DNA from: the human T2T-CHM13v2.0 reference genome, Homo sapiens
DNA: 64,000 nucleotides
Reading direction: 5' to 3' (one strand)
Assembly: GCF_009914755.1 (NCBI RefSeq)
Contig: NC_060931.1
Every line of letters begins with the position of its first letter. Positions within the stretch are counted from its first letter, which is position 1. The notes beneath the pieces were generated by a model that searched no databases, was not told the origin of the DNA, and was given only the letters and a program-made list of their open reading frames with translations. Positions 62,823 to 64,000 of the stretch are shown one piece after another. The translations under genes and the position numbers were made by a program.

Positions 62823-63321
62823 CAGTCATGTGTTGCTTAATGACAATCCCTCCTTTCTGGAATACCTCCTGAAGGACCTGCTTGAAGCTGTTTTACAGTG
62901 AGCTAAGTAGGAGTACACTCTAAAATAATGATAAAAGTGTAGTAAATACATAAACCAGGAATATAGTCATTTATTATCCTTTTCAAGTGTACTGTACTGT
63001 ACATAATTATATGTGCTATACTTTATTTAATTGGAAGCTGCAGTAGGTTACAAAAGTGAGTAATTATTTGTGCTACAGTGTTATAATGGCTGCAAAATCA
63101 TTAGGTGATAGGAATCTTTCAGTTCCATTTTAATCTTTTGGTATATAATCTTGGCAGTAGGTTACAAAGTGAGTAATTAGTTGTGCTACAGTGTTACAAT
63201 GGCTGCAACATCATTAGGTGATAGGAACCTTTCAGTTCCACTTTAATCTTTTGGTATATAATCTTGCACTGTTTAACGTGGTCTGTCATTGACAGATATG
63301 TTGTTATGTGGTGCATGACTG
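62823..63321. mobile_element. Tigger3-like DNA transposon with internal ~114-bp tandem duplication
   Basis: TA|CAGTCATG...CATGACTG|TA termini; duplicate units start at 63040 and 63154. Confidence 0.82.
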
Positions 63322-63334
63322 TATTCATTTACTT

Positions 63335-63643
63335 CTGCTGCTGCTGCTGCTGCTGCTTCTTCTTTTTACTTCTTTTTTGTTTTGTTTTGTTTTGTTTTTT
63401 GAGATAGACTTTTGCTCTTGTTGCCTAGGCTGGAGTTCTATGGTGCAATCTTGGCTCACTGCACCCTCCGCCTCCCAGGTTCAAGTGATTCTCCTGCCTC
63501 AGCTTCCTGAGTAGCTAGGATTACGGGCATGCACCATCACGCCCGGCTAATTTTGTATTTTTAGTGGAGATGGGGTTTCTCCATGTCGGTCAGGCTGGTC
63601 TCGAACTCCCAACTTCAGGTGATCCGCCTGCCTCGGCCTCCCC
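63335..63643 (-). mobile_element. 5'-truncated Alu with (CTG)7/(CTT)/(GTTTT)n tail
   Basis: TSD CATTTACTTCT on both sides. Confidence 0.9.
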
Positions 63644-64000
63644 ATTTACTTCTTTAAACCAGTGTAGACTCCTGCTTTTCTGTTGTATTCAGTGGGATAT
63701 AGCCTATTTTTACTAACATTATTTTAATACTCAAATTGTCCTAGATTTGGCCCATGGGAGCCCCTTCAAGCTAACTTCTCTATCCTTTTGACATGTCCCT
63801 ATTATTCTTGGAGGACTTGATTACTTTCTAAGATGTCCCAGTCTCATCTTGCACTTTTCCTGTTCCATTCTTGGAATCAGCAGTTTCTCTGAGGATCCCT
63901 TTTTCATTTTAGTGGAGAAAAATATTTAGAAGCCAAGATCTGGGCACAAGGTATACTTGTTGCCATTGAGGAGTTGCTGTTCCCAGTCCTCTCAGGGGAG

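Overview
Primate (almost certainly human) genomic DNA, very rich in Alu, L1, LTR and DNA-transposon relics. The only bona fide coding sequence is exon 1 of ST7 (+ strand, ATG 34710, donor after 34860) in a CpG-island promoter; everything downstream is ST7 intron 1. From recollection of the 7q31 locus, the first ~0.4 kb is probably the CAPZA2 3' UTR end, and ST7-AS1 and ST7-OT4 overlap the island. Also present: a full-length TPM3 processed pseudogene (- strand), a 3'-truncated 5S rRNA pseudogene, a strong intergenic CTCF site, MER51/MER31/MER21/THE1/MLT1 LTRs, Tigger elements, nested L1s and about 50 Alus. Nearly all ORF-track entries are repeat or low-complexity artefacts. I see no wholly new biological system. 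The best leads are a candidate alternative last exon that continues the ST7 exon 1 frame into a 113-aa hydrophobic protein ending in Tigger1 with an intronic poly(A) signal, and a DUX4-motif THE1 LTR pointing at the TPM3 retrocopy antisense to ST7. Repeat boundaries and subfamilies are approximate and assigned by eye.
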